From Candidatus Uhrbacteria bacterium (GTDB lineage Bacteria > Patescibacteriota > Patescibacteriia > UBA9934 > GWF2-40-263): a stretch of 64,000 nucleotides of DNA. Shown in pieces: positions 48,730-57,626 of the stretch. The position numbers were made by a program, and so were the translations under genes. Position 1 is the stretch's first letter; every line of letters starts with the position of its first letter. A model generated the notes under the pieces. The model had not been told where the DNA came from. It did no database searches and saw nothing but the letters and a program-made list of their open reading frames with translations. The stretch is from contig JAERTI010000038.1 of the NCBI GenBank assembly GCA_016844925.1, forward strand, positions 130,936-194,935, written 5' to 3'.

Positions 48730-48800
48730 CAGATATGATGTAAGAAAATAGCCTTAAAGAAAGGTTATTTTTAATTATCCACAAAAAGCTGCCGTAATCT

Positions 48801-49565
48801 TTGTCTTGTATGCCACGCATCCCTAAACTACCTGATGACACACTCGAACTGCTTGGGGTTCGCCCCAAAGATATGGGTGTGTACACAGCCCTTTTGACCC
48901 TTGGCACCGCACCGCTCCGCCGGATTGCAGAAGAGTCTGGCCTCAACCGTGGAACGACCTACGACGCGCTCAAGCGTCTGATCGACATTGGTTTGGTGAG
49001 CTATATGGACGCCAAGAGTCATCGGTACTTCACCGCAGAGGACCCGCAAAAACTTACCGGCCTTGCGACACGTCGTGAGGTGGCGATCCAGGAAGCACAG
49101 ATCAAGATCAAAGATGTCGTGCCAAAACTGCAGGAGCTTCTTGGTCGCAGCGCGCATCGCCCATCCGTTCGTTATTACGAGGGCGATGGGGGTGTGCGAG
49201 AGATTCTCGAGGATGTCCTCAAGGTGTGTGAAAAATCGAAAGACAAAGTATTCCGCGTCTACTCCTCAGAGGGAATCCGCGATCTCATCGCCCACGCCTG
49301 GCCCGCGTTCAAAAAGACACGTGTGCGCAAGCGTGTGAAGGTAAGAGCGATCTCTATTGGAAAAGGTGGTCACACTTACGGTCTGGATGAGCGTAAGTGG
49401 CTTACAAAGGATGATAAAGCACCGAGTTATACGTTCCTGTATCCAGGTAAGTGTGCCTTTGTCTCCGTAGATGAGCGCCGACAGCTGTTCGGTGTCATCA
49501 TCGAAGATGACGCCATTAGCGCTACGCAGGAGATGATCTTTGATGCGATGTGGGGGAAGTTATAG
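48801..49565 (+). CDS. TrmB-family winged-HTH transcriptional regulator
   Basis: The N-terminal wHTH (LGVRPKDMGVYTALLTLGTAPLRRIAEESGLNRGTTYDALKRLIDIGLV) plus a C-terminal effector-like domain is typical TrmB architecture. Confidence 0.7.
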   Translation: MSCMPRIPKLPDDTLELLGVRPKDMGVYTALLTLGTAPLRRIAEESGLNRGTTYDALKRLIDIGLVSYMDAKSHRYFTAEDPQKLTGLATRREVAIQEAQIKIKDVVPKLQELLGRSAHRPSVRYYEGDGGVREILEDVLKVCEKSKDKVFRVYSSEGIRDLIAHAWPAFKKTRVRKRVKVRAISIGKGGHTYGLDERKWLTKDDKAPSYTFLYPGKCAFVSVDERRQLFGVIIEDDAISATQEMIFDAMWGKL

Positions 49566-49572
49566 GAAAAGC

Positions 49573-49636
49573 GATGAACTGTTCGTTGTCAGTCTAACTT
49601 GCTAGACGAGTTGGGCTTATCACGAACAGTTCATGT
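49573..49636. promoter_or_regulatory. perfect 13-nt inverted repeat (ATGAACTGTTCGT ... ACGAACAGTTCAT) with a 35-nt spacer carrying a nested GTCTA/TAGAC repeat
   Basis: It lies in the 80-nt gap between the TrmB-like regulator and the next gene. No T-run follows, so it is not a simple terminator. Confidence 0.45.
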
Positions 49637-49646
49637 CTAACCTGGG

Positions 49647-50213
49647 GTGCTGAAGATGAAGAACGCTGTTGTGGCGATGTTCTGTGGACCACACAACGAA
49701 GGGACCGAGTTCCCGTACGTACGCATCGATCGCTCCATCGCCGTCGCGTTGGAGCGGGGCCTGCCGCTGCTCATCGCGGGGGACGCTCACCGAGGTCGTG
49801 ACCTCGAGTACTTCCGCGACTACGCACAAGGCGCTGGTGTGATCGAAGTGGTCATCGAGCCGCTATACGATCCCCGCGCCTCAACGCTCGCTGACGCTCA
49901 GATGGTTGCCGAGTGGCTCAGGGGTCACCACGCCGAGCGTGGGATCCAGCACGTGCTGCTGGTCACCGACCTCTGGCACATGTTCCGTGCCATGATCATG
50001 CTGCAAGGTGAGATCAACAAGCGTCTGCCCGTCGGGACGGTTCAGTCCATTCCGGCGGCGGCGTTCGGTGGCCCTCGTCCGCCCGAAGATGTCATCCTCG
50101 GTGAGATCAAGGGAGCGCGAGACTACCTCGACGGCACGTACGGTCCGGACAACAGGGCCTACGACTCCTATGGCAAGCCTGCCAACGGCTCAGACCGCCT
50201 CGCGCGCGCCTGA
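49647..50213 (+). CDS. hypothetical protein (possibly DUF218/YdcF-like); GC-rich
   Basis: 188 aa. LLIAGDAHRG...LLVTDLWHMFRA loosely resembles the DUF218 core. Low confidence. Confidence 0.4.
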   Translation: MLKMKNAVVAMFCGPHNEGTEFPYVRIDRSIAVALERGLPLLIAGDAHRGRDLEYFRDYAQGAGVIEVVIEPLYDPRASTLADAQMVAEWLRGHHAERGIQHVLLVTDLWHMFRAMIMLQGEINKRLPVGTVQSIPAAAFGGPRPPEDVILGEIKGARDYLDGTYGPDNRAYDSYGKPANGSDRLARA

Positions 50214-50324
50214 CGCTACCTCGACTACGGTCGGGGTTTTTACTTAGTGACGTTTTTACGTCATACGACGCTTAAGTGTTACATCGTTAGAAGCAAAACA
50301 GACCCCTATGGGTCTGTTATTCGT

Positions 50325-50705
50325 TTACCAATATTTGCTTCCTGAACTACTTGGGGTCGTTGGTGCGGCTTTTGGCTTGGGTTGCTCGGCTGGTTGCTGC
50401 TGGGCCGCGCCTCCGCCGATGCTCGCGGCGATCCGCGCCATCTCTGCCTCCACGAGCGGTCCTTCATACTCACCACCATGGGCAGACGTTCCCTCATAGC
50501 TTGCTGCCTTCTGATCGACATGGAGGTTCACCTGCAGCCCACCGTCGCGGTCCTCGACGTACGCATGGTACCGAGGAAATCTCTCTGGCCCTACACGCCG
50601 CACGTAACTGATCTGTCCGGAGCGCGTTCTTTGTTCGCCGTAGCCGGCTGAGCGCATGATGTTTCTTGCATGATCGGGGAGCGGGGCAGGGAAGAAGTGT
50701 TTCAT
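50325..50705 (-). CDS. hypothetical protein, paralogue A of a tandem pair (conserved RFPR[YF]H and LH[VI]DQ motifs)
   Basis: Aligns with the adjacent ORF (AGY...RFPRYHAYV...V.LH.DQ...S.HG.E). The C-terminal tail is low-complexity and Pro/Ala-rich. Confidence 0.5.
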   Translation of the reverse strand: MKHFFPAPLPDHARNIMRSAGYGEQRTRSGQISYVRRVGPERFPRYHAYVEDRDGGLQVNLHVDQKAASYEGTSAHGGEYEGPLVEAEMARIAASIGGGAAQQQPAEQPKPKAAPTTPSSSGSKYW

Positions 50706-50712
50706 AGGGGAG

Positions 50713-51138
50713 CTACTTGAAAAGGATTTCGTAGATCGATCGTTTCCGCTTTGGTTTCGGTGCGCGCTTTTTGAACGATGGGTCGTTGGCCTGATTTACC
50801 TGCTTCATTTTTGGGGGGATCTTGATCGCGTTAACAAGTCGATTCAGCTCGCTGTTTACACGTCCACCGCTGTAAGCCCATTCATGACCATGACTGCTCT
50901 CACCCTGGAGGTCATGCTGGTCGATGTGTAGATCGACATCCATGCCGGCGCCGTTAATCGTGACAAAGGCGTGGAAGCGGGGGAAGCGGTGAGGGGCGTG
51001 CAGGCGTCTATGGTAGCAGGTCTTACCAGCCTCGACACAATGGCGAACATAACCTGCACGAGCCATGAGGTCGTCTGGAGATTCCTTGGGCCTTTGTGTG
51101 AAGCTGTAACGCATACACCATAGGTATACGTCCATCAA
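50713..51138 (-). CDS. hypothetical protein, paralogue B of a tandem pair
   Basis: Same core as paralogue A (ARAGYVRH...RFPRFHAFV...VDLHIDQ...SSHGHEW). The C-terminal tail is Lys/Arg-rich. Confidence 0.5.
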   Translation of the reverse strand: MMDVYLWCMRYSFTQRPKESPDDLMARAGYVRHCVEAGKTCYHRRLHAPHRFPRFHAFVTINGAGMDVDLHIDQHDLQGESSHGHEWAYSGGRVNSELNRLVNAIKIPPKMKQVNQANDPSFKKRAPKPKRKRSIYEILFK

Positions 51139-51164
51139 AGCCAGACATTGCCCTAATCGTCAAG

Positions 51165-51920
51165 TCATTTATCGAGAACGCGGCGTGCGATATTGGTCGC
51201 CGTGGTGCGAGGCATGAGGCGAACTAGAAAGACCATGAAGCGATTAAGTCTTCCTTCAATGGCCACAACACGACGCTTGTTCAGACTTTCGATGGTGAAT
51301 CGAGCAACATCCTGAGCGGTTGGAAGTGATTTTTCTTTCTTGAAAAGTGCGTGGTTCCCTGCACGATCCGCAAACTCTGTGCGTGTGGCACCTGGGCAAA
51401 GTGTCATCACGTGGACGCCGTGAGCAGCGAGTTCGTTGTGGAGCGCCTCGGAGAAAGAGAGAACGTAGGCTTTTGTTGCAAAGTAGACGGCCATGAGAGG
51501 CCCTGGCATAAAGGCGGCTGTCGAGGCGACGTTTACAATCGCTCCTGAGCCTTGCTTGACCATCAGTGGCGCCACGGCGCGGCACAGACGTGTGAGTGCG
51601 CGGATGTTGAGTTCGATCATGCTGTCGAGCTTCTCCCAGTTACTCTCGATAAACAATGCTTGGTCGCCGAATCCGGCGTTGTTCACAAACAGATCGATGG
51701 GTTTTGCTGAGAGTGTTTCGATCCAGGAATCAAGAGCGTTTCGATCAGTGAGGTCCAATGAAACAACCTCGGTCTGAGTTGAGAGGGTCTTGGCAAGTTC
51801 TTCAAGCTGCTCTTTGCGTCGCGCGACAAGTACGAGGTCCCATCCTTCTTGGGAGAGCTCGATAGCGAGCGCGCGGCCGATGCCGCTTGAGGCGCCTGTG
51901 ATGATTGCACGTTTAGCCAT
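51165..51920 (-). CDS. SDR-family oxidoreductase
   Basis: TGASSGIGRA (cofactor-binding motif TGxxxGIG), NNAG, and the catalytic YxxxK (YFATKAYV). Confidence 0.88.
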   Translation of the reverse strand: MAKRAIITGASSGIGRALAIELSQEGWDLVLVARRKEQLEELAKTLSTQTEVVSLDLTDRNALDSWIETLSAKPIDLFVNNAGFGDQALFIESNWEKLDSMIELNIRALTRLCRAVAPLMVKQGSGAIVNVASTAAFMPGPLMAVYFATKAYVLSFSEALHNELAAHGVHVMTLCPGATRTEFADRAGNHALFKKEKSLPTAQDVARFTIESLNKRRVVAIEGRLNRFMVFLVRLMPRTTATNIARRVLDK

Positions 51921-52227
51921 AGAGAAGAGAGCCGATGATAATAGCTGGGTTCATAATGAGCCACAGCAGGTTACTAAAAATGATTGAACGTTCTTTGTGT
52001 GCAATGCCATAGATCATCCAGATGACAGAGACGAGTAGATACGTTACCCAGGTGATGACAGAGATGCCACTGGCATTTTGCTCAACCCAAATTTTCAAGA
52101 CCTGTGGAATGGTCATGGCGGGGCTGATGATGGCTGCGAGGTAGACAAGTTTGTCGATGATTGGATGCACGTCTTTTGTGCGTTTGCGTTTGTGCTGATG
52201 ATGAATGGCCGGGGTTCGTGACGGCAT
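51913..52227 (-). CDS. SemiSWEET/PQ-loop family small transporter
   Basis: A ~100-aa protein with 3 TM helices and the PQ motif (MTIPQVLKIW) in TM1. Confidence 0.55.
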   Translation of the reverse strand: MPSRTPAIHHQHKRKRTKDVHPIIDKLVYLAAIISPAMTIPQVLKIWVEQNASGISVITWVTYLLVSVIWMIYGIAHKERSIIFSNLLWLIMNPAIIIGSLLYG

Positions 52228-52229
52228 AG

Positions 52230-52967
52230 CTAGATAATGGCTACGAGTGATCGAATGAGAATGATAAGACTGGCAACAAAGACAACTCCGAGTACAACGT
52301 GATCAAACAGTTTTCGGTTCATCTTGTGTTCAATGCGGTCTCCTAGCCAGGTGCCAGTGAGTGCGACGGGGGTAAGGATAGCGACGGTGAGCAGGAGGTC
52401 TGGGGTATAGAGACCGCGGTACGTGTGAAGCAAAACCGCCAGAATGGTCATGAGGGTGGTGTAGAGGATCAGGTTGGCTCGGAACACTTTTCGTCTCGTG
52501 TGTTCTGCCTCGAGCAGGAGCACGACAAAGGGGCTGCCGATGGTGGCGATTCCGTGCATGAGCCCACCAATAAATCCCACGGCCGCTCGTGTGGCCGGGG
52601 ATGTTTTTTTCAGGGAGTGTCCACGCCACAAAGAGATCGTGATGAGGATAAGGACCACGGCCATCACCGAGGGGACAAGATGTCCTTCAAAAGAAAAAAC
52701 TAGGACGCCGAGAGGAACACCTAGTAGAGCGGAAAGGAGTATGGGGCCCATGTGCTTGAGGTGGATATCGCGCCTGAGGGTGATGAGCAGAGCGATTTCG
52801 TTTAGAAGGACCAGTAGGGCAATGAGCGGAATGGCGGTTTCTGGGGGAAGGAGCAGTAGGAGAATGGGGCTTACCATCAGGGCGAAACCAAAGCCGGTCA
52901 CGCCTTTCATAAATGATCCAATCGCGATCGCGATAACGATTGGGACGAGGTTAACAGCGGTAAGCAT
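52230..52967 (-). CDS. TauE/SafE (DUF81) family sulfite/anion exporter
   Basis: Two repeated 4-TM halves, each with a GxGxG-like motif (FMKGVTGFGFALMVSP; GGLMHGIATIGSPF). Confidence 0.8.
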   Translation of the reverse strand: MLTAVNLVPIVIAIAIGSFMKGVTGFGFALMVSPILLLLLPPETAIPLIALLVLLNEIALLITLRRDIHLKHMGPILLSALLGVPLGVLVFSFEGHLVPSVMAVVLILITISLWRGHSLKKTSPATRAAVGFIGGLMHGIATIGSPFVVLLLEAEHTRRKVFRANLILYTTLMTILAVLLHTYRGLYTPDLLLTVAILTPVALTGTWLGDRIEHKMNRKLFDHVVLGVVFVASLIILIRSLVAII

Positions 52968-53078
52968 AGTGCTCAGAAGTATACCAGAAAATGGGGGTGT
53001 ATCGATTGACAGAGCGCGTTATCTATGGTGGACTTGCCTCGTCCACACATTTGTTCACATGGATACAAGGAGACCACC

Positions 53079-53828
53079 ATGTCCTGGACACTGCGAGTTC
53101 TTTTCACCCTGCTGGGCGCACTGCTGCTGATGCCGAGCGACGCTCAGGCGAGCCGGGAGAACCCCGAGTGCGAGTGCGAGTCGTCCCACTGGGCGACCGT
53201 CGATGCCATCTGGGCCGGCGAGGCCGTCGAGGAGGTGGTCTTCGAGATCGCCGCCTGCGAGGAGTTGCGGGTCTACCGCAACGCCGTCTACGCCCGTCAC
53301 GGGTTCAACTTCACCAACGACTGGGTGAAGGGATGGTTCACCGAGCACGAGCCGCGCTGGACGCCCATCGAGAGCATCTCCAGCGAGACCGTCGGCGACC
53401 AGCTGAGCGAGACCGACCTGGCCACCGTGCAGGCCGTGAAGAAGTGGGAGGAGCAGTACCAGTGCGACGCCTACTGGGAGCAGCGCTCCGAGGCATCGGC
53501 CGAGGTCGTCGAAGAGGAAGCCCCGCCGCCCGAGCCCGAGTACATCCTGGTCCCCATCCAGAGCGTTCCTGTCATCGGTGGTGAAGAAGGGGAGACGGTC
53601 GCCCTCGTGTCTGTCATCGCCGACCCGAGCTTCGTGATCACCCAGGCGTTCAACAACGCGCCCGTCGAGTCCGCGTGGCTCGAGCCGTTCACCTGCCGTG
53701 ACCTCGACATCGTCACCGAGGCCGTGCAGGCGCGCACCAACAAGCCCTCCAGCCGCGACGAGCTCACGCTCCTGCGCGTGCAGCGCGAGCGGCGCGCCAA
53801 GAGCTGCGACAGCGACACCTCCGGCTGA
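53079..53828 (+). CDS. secreted YARHG-domain protein (GC-rich)
   Basis: Signal peptide MSWTLRVLFTLLGALLLMPSDAQA. LRVYRNAVYARHGFNFTNDWVKGWF is the YARHG domain signature. The C-terminal half is acidic. Confidence 0.65.
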   Translation: MSWTLRVLFTLLGALLLMPSDAQASRENPECECESSHWATVDAIWAGEAVEEVVFEIAACEELRVYRNAVYARHGFNFTNDWVKGWFTEHEPRWTPIESISSETVGDQLSETDLATVQAVKKWEEQYQCDAYWEQRSEASAEVVEEEAPPPEPEYILVPIQSVPVIGGEEGETVALVSVIADPSFVITQAFNNAPVESAWLEPFTCRDLDIVTEAVQARTNKPSSRDELTLLRVQRERRAKSCDSDTSG

Positions 53829-53859
53829 GAGCCGGTCTTGACCGAACACGCTTCGGTCC

Positions 53860-53886
53860 GCGTCCCCAGGGACGCGTTTTTTCTTT
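53860..53886 (+). terminator. rho-independent terminator
   Basis: gcgtccccagggacgc followed by gttttttctttcttc. Confidence 0.7.
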
Positions 53887-53991
53887 CTTCAATAAAATCA
53901 AGTCAACGCCTTTGGTGGGTTGACGTTTTGCGATTATTCCGCTAATTTTCGTCCCTCACGTCCGAAGTGAACATCTACAAGGGAGGACTAC

Positions 53992-55815
53992 GTGAGACTG
54001 ATCCTTTTCATGGCTGCCATGTTGGCGGCAGAAGCAGGGGCAACGGTCCCGACCGACGAATCCCTCGCGCCGACGCGAGTGGACATGCTGCAGGTGAAGA
54101 TCGGCAACAACGAGCTGCTGCAGCCCGCGGATGTCGCGGGCCTGGAGTGTGCCGAGGCCTGGATCCTGTCCAACAGCGTTCTGGCCCGCCACGGCTTCAT
54201 GTTCGTGGACGATCGTGCGCTCGAGCAGTTCGACTGGGACCCGATGTACCAGCCCAACCCCGAGGTCACGTACTTCACGTACCACGAGTACCTCACGGAT
54301 TCGGACATCTGGAACCTCGAGCTCCTCATGGCGATCGAGGCGCGTGAGTGCAACGGCACTCGCACGCTCACCATCGAGCCGTCCATGTCCCCAGTCGTTC
54401 CCGACGAGCCGATCGTGATCGGTGCGCTCGCGGACGTGCAGCCGGAGATGTCGCTGGCCTCCCTTCAGGAGGACGACGACCTCCACTGGCTGGACGACGA
54501 CGAAGAGGCGTTCGAGTTCGACGAGCCCGTCGTGATCGAGGAGCCGCCGGCTCTGGAGGTCGAGAACCGAGGGGTGGTGGAGCCCGGAGAAGGGCTCGAG
54601 CTGAAGTCGCCCGAGATGGTGGTCGTGATCACCGACGAAGGACGTGTCGAGCAGCCTCTCGAGCAGCTCGCGCCCAGCAACTGGGACGAGATCGAGGAGC
54701 TCGAGCTGGAGGACGCGGTCGTACAGGCCGATCCCGGTCTCGACTCCGACTCCGACGAGGAGCTCGCCATCATCGACACCGGTGAGAGCCGGGACGATGG
54801 GGAAGAGAAGACCGAGGTGGCTCTCGAGCCGCCCGTTCCGTCCGAGCCGGCTGTGCAGCTGGAGGTGGTGGACGTCGAGATGGAGGCCGATTCGGCACCC
54901 GTCTGCGAGGACCACGAGTCCCAGATCGCCGAGCTCACCGCCGAGCGCGACAAGCTCGCCGGCGACATCGCGATCATGGAGGAGCGCAACGAGAACCTGA
55001 TCGACTCCAACACGGCGCTCGCGCTGGAGGCGGAGGAGGCCAACGCTCGTCTGGGCGAGGCCGCGCTTGCGGCTGAAGAGCCCAAGGAGGCGCCGGCTGC
55101 ACCGGTCCTGGTGCACAGCGCCGACGAGTCGCCGCAGTGTGTCGAGGCCATGAACTCGCTCTACTACGCCGAGCTCATGTCCGACACCTGCCTGGTATCG
55201 CTGGGTGAGCTGACCATGGAGTACGAGGAGGTGGTTCCGCAGATCGAGGCGCTCGAAGCGCAGATCGTGACCCTTCGGGGCGAGATCGAGGTCTACGAGG
55301 CACACCTCGCCGAGGGCGACGAGCAGGCTCAGGCCAAGATCGCCGAGCTGACGCGTGAGCGTGATGAGCTGCTGGTCATGCAGGCCAGCCTGGAGGCCCA
55401 GAACCGTGAGGTGATGGACGCCAACGTGATGCTCACCACGCGCATGTCCCTCATGGAGGAGCAGGCTGGAGAGGTCGTCGCGACCGTTCCGGCTCTGGCC
55501 GCCAACCCGCCGGTCATCATCGAGGAGGACCTCCTGGAGGTTCCCGCGGTGGTCTCGGCGGACGTCACCAAGCCGGTCTTCGACCCCTTCGACGAGCTGC
55601 AGGGACCCATCGCCGTGGGCAAGGTCGCTCCCAAGGAGCTCTTCGGTGAGATGGACTGCGACCAGACCAAGCAGCTCTACTGGATGATCCCGGCCCGCCA
55701 CGGCGTCGGATCGCCCACGCCCGAGCTCTACAACAGCGCCGACCAGCTCAACGAGCTGCGCCTCGAGCGTCAGGCCCGAGAGCAGGGCTGCGAGCTGGCC
55801 CCGGCCAGCTCCTGA
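53992..55815 (+). CDS. secreted YARHG-like-domain protein with long acidic coiled-coil region (GC-rich)
   Basis: GTG start with the SD AAGGGAGGA. Signal peptide. N-terminal AWILSNSVLARHGFMFVDD and C-terminal YWMIPARHGVGSP YARHG-like motifs. The middle ~400 aa are D/E-rich coiled coil. Confidence 0.6.
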   Translation: MRLILFMAAMLAAEAGATVPTDESLAPTRVDMLQVKIGNNELLQPADVAGLECAEAWILSNSVLARHGFMFVDDRALEQFDWDPMYQPNPEVTYFTYHEYLTDSDIWNLELLMAIEARECNGTRTLTIEPSMSPVVPDEPIVIGALADVQPEMSLASLQEDDDLHWLDDDEEAFEFDEPVVIEEPPALEVENRGVVEPGEGLELKSPEMVVVITDEGRVEQPLEQLAPSNWDEIEELELEDAVVQADPGLDSDSDEELAIIDTGESRDDGEEKTEVALEPPVPSEPAVQLEVVDVEMEADSAPVCEDHESQIAELTAERDKLAGDIAIMEERNENLIDSNTALALEAEEANARLGEAALAAEEPKEAPAAPVLVHSADESPQCVEAMNSLYYAELMSDTCLVSLGELTMEYEEVVPQIEALEAQIVTLRGEIEVYEAHLAEGDEQAQAKIAELTRERDELLVMQASLEAQNREVMDANVMLTTRMSLMEEQAGEVVATVPALAANPPVIIEEDLLEVPAVVSADVTKPVFDPFDELQGPIAVGKVAPKELFGEMDCDQTKQLYWMIPARHGVGSPTPELYNSADQLNELRLERQAREQGCELAPASS

Positions 55816-55843
55816 ACGCACGGTTGAGCCCCACGCTCAACAC

Positions 55844-55869
55844 CCGCCTTTGAAAGAAGGCGGTTTTTT
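55844..55869 (+). terminator. rho-independent terminator
   Basis: ccgcctttgaaagaaggcgg followed by tttttt. Confidence 0.75.
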
Positions 55870-56023
55870 CTTTGTGTGAACATCGTTAATGGATTGACAA
55901 AAGAGAATTTTTCGGGCAGTCTGCTCATCTCCCCTGATGGGAGTAAAGTGAGAATGTCATGGTGGTCAATCCCGCCCAACCCGTCAGGCGAAGGTTGCTT
56001 GACAGTAGACACTGGAGACGCAA

Positions 56024-56512
56024 ATGAAGCTGGTTTGGCTCAAGGTAGTGCTTCTGGTGGTTGCTGTCATCAGCATCACCACGACCGCGTGGCTGGCGAG
56101 TGAACACAAGAAGAAGTTCGACTTCATGGCGCAGTTCATCGAGAGCGCGTCTGAGCAGGTTGTTGTCTACCGCTACATCGGGGCACAGAGCCCGGATGAT
56201 CGCGGGATGCGCAACATCGTGTTGGTGGGAAGGACCCCCTTCACGGTTCTGGTTGGTTTCGAGCTCGAGTACCCACTGCTCGGCGGCTCCGGGTTCGACT
56301 ACTACGGCTTCGTGCAGTCCTACGAGATGCACGGCGACCATGTGGCCGTGATTCGCACCTTCCTTGGCACGGGTCTCACGACGTTCCAGTTCCTCGTGAA
56401 CAGGCCGTGTGGAGACGTCGTCGTCAAGACCGGGGGCGACAGCGAGCGCCTGACTCCCGGCGGTACCTACCCGCCTCACTGGTACCAGAAGTACCTCGGC
56501 TTCTACGGCTGA
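56024..56512 (+). CDS. membrane-anchored hypothetical protein (GC-rich)
   Basis: N-terminal TM helix (LVWLKVVLLVVAVISITTTAWLA). 162 aa. Confidence 0.5.
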   Translation: MKLVWLKVVLLVVAVISITTTAWLASEHKKKFDFMAQFIESASEQVVVYRYIGAQSPDDRGMRNIVLVGRTPFTVLVGFELEYPLLGGSGFDYYGFVQSYEMHGDHVAVIRTFLGTGLTTFQFLVNRPCGDVVVKTGGDSERLTPGGTYPPHWYQKYLGFYG

Positions 56513-56630
56513 GGACGAACGAACACCTACTGACCCGCCGTCAGTGAGAAACACCTTTCGTGTACTCGCTGCTCGGCGGGTGTTTCTTTTTGAGAATCAC
56601 AAAACCCCCACGTAATACGTGAGGGCTTTG

Positions 56631-56720
56631 TGGCGGAGAGGACAGGATTCGAACCTGCGAGAGCTTGCGCTCAACACGCTTTCCAGGCGTGCGCCTTAAA
56701 CCGCTCGGCCACCTCTCCTT
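56631..56720 (-). tRNA. tRNA-Ser (anticodon GGA)
   Basis: The reverse complement folds as a type II tRNA. Acceptor GGAGAGG/CCTCTCC. Anticodon stem CACGC/GCGTG with loop CTGGAAA, giving anticodon GGA. Long variable arm (TTGAGCGCAAGCTCTCGC). T-arm GGTTCGAATCC. Discriminator G plus CCA. Confidence 0.8.
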
Positions 56721-56791
56721 GGTGGACGGCGATACTATACAAGACCACACTTCACTTGTCATCCCCAAGAAGAAACAGCCCCTAAGGGCTG

Positions 56792-57598
56792 TTATTGTTT
56801 CTTTGCTTTCTTCTCAACTTTCTCAAAGACCTCATCTACTTTCTCCAGGACTTTCATCTTGGTCTTATCGATCTGCTCTTGAGTGCCATTGGCAGCCTCC
56901 TCCTTCTCTTTTTCCAGTTTCTCATCCTCCTTTTTGATCTCTCGGTCTGCGACAGGTCGCTTCACGTACAGGTTCATGAGGGAGAAGATGATCATGCTGG
57001 CAAAGACGATGGCGATGCCGTTGATGGCGAAGAGGATGAAGCTGTCGGTCATCATAGCCCAGTCAAAGCGGGCCAGGCCGATGCCTGTGACAGCGAGTGG
57101 GGGGATGATGGCGACGGAGATCGCGACTCCTGGGAGCGAGGCGTTTAGGTGCGGCTTGATCAGAGCGAAGCTAGCAGCGGCGCCGGCGACGATCGCGATC
57201 GCGATGTAGATGATGGATGGTTCTGTGCGGGCAATGATCTCTGCGTTGAGCTCGGGGCCTAGTTCTGCTTGGGAGGCAAACAGGAGTGTAGCGATGGCGG
57301 CGGCGGGGACGGTCCAGGCGATGGCTTTTCCAATGGTGAGCAGGGAGCGAGAGATGAGTCTTGTGTCCGCCATGACGACGCCGAGTGAGACACCGAGGAT
57401 TGGGGAGAGCAATGGGGCGATGAGCATCGATCCGATAATCACGGCTACAGAATCGAGGAGGAGTCCGAACACGGCCATGAGGACGGAGAGGACGGCGAGC
57501 AGAAAAAAATCATCCCGCGGGGTGGATTCTTCGATCAGACGTTTGATCGCGCTGTTCTTGTCTTTTTCTGTGAGATTGCGGAAGAGAGTCGTTGCCAT
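56792..57598 (-). CDS. DUF389-family membrane protein with Lys/Glu-rich C-terminal tail
   Basis: Multi-TM core (LLAVLSVLMAVFGLLLDSVAVIIGSMLIAPLLSPILG...) typical of DUF389. The start is taken at MATTLF (57598); the ORF track extends to 57676, which would overlap the divergent antiporter start. Confidence 0.6.
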   Translation of the reverse strand: MATTLFRNLTEKDKNSAIKRLIEESTPRDDFFLLAVLSVLMAVFGLLLDSVAVIIGSMLIAPLLSPILGVSLGVVMADTRLISRSLLTIGKAIAWTVPAAAIATLLFASQAELGPELNAEIIARTEPSIIYIAIAIVAGAAASFALIKPHLNASLPGVAISVAIIPPLAVTGIGLARFDWAMMTDSFILFAINGIAIVFASMIIFSLMNLYVKRPVADREIKKEDEKLEKEKEEAANGTQEQIDKTKMKVLEKVDEVFEKVEKKAKKQ

Positions 57599-57626
57599 AG
57601 TGGGGCTATGATATAATTTCTCCTGT

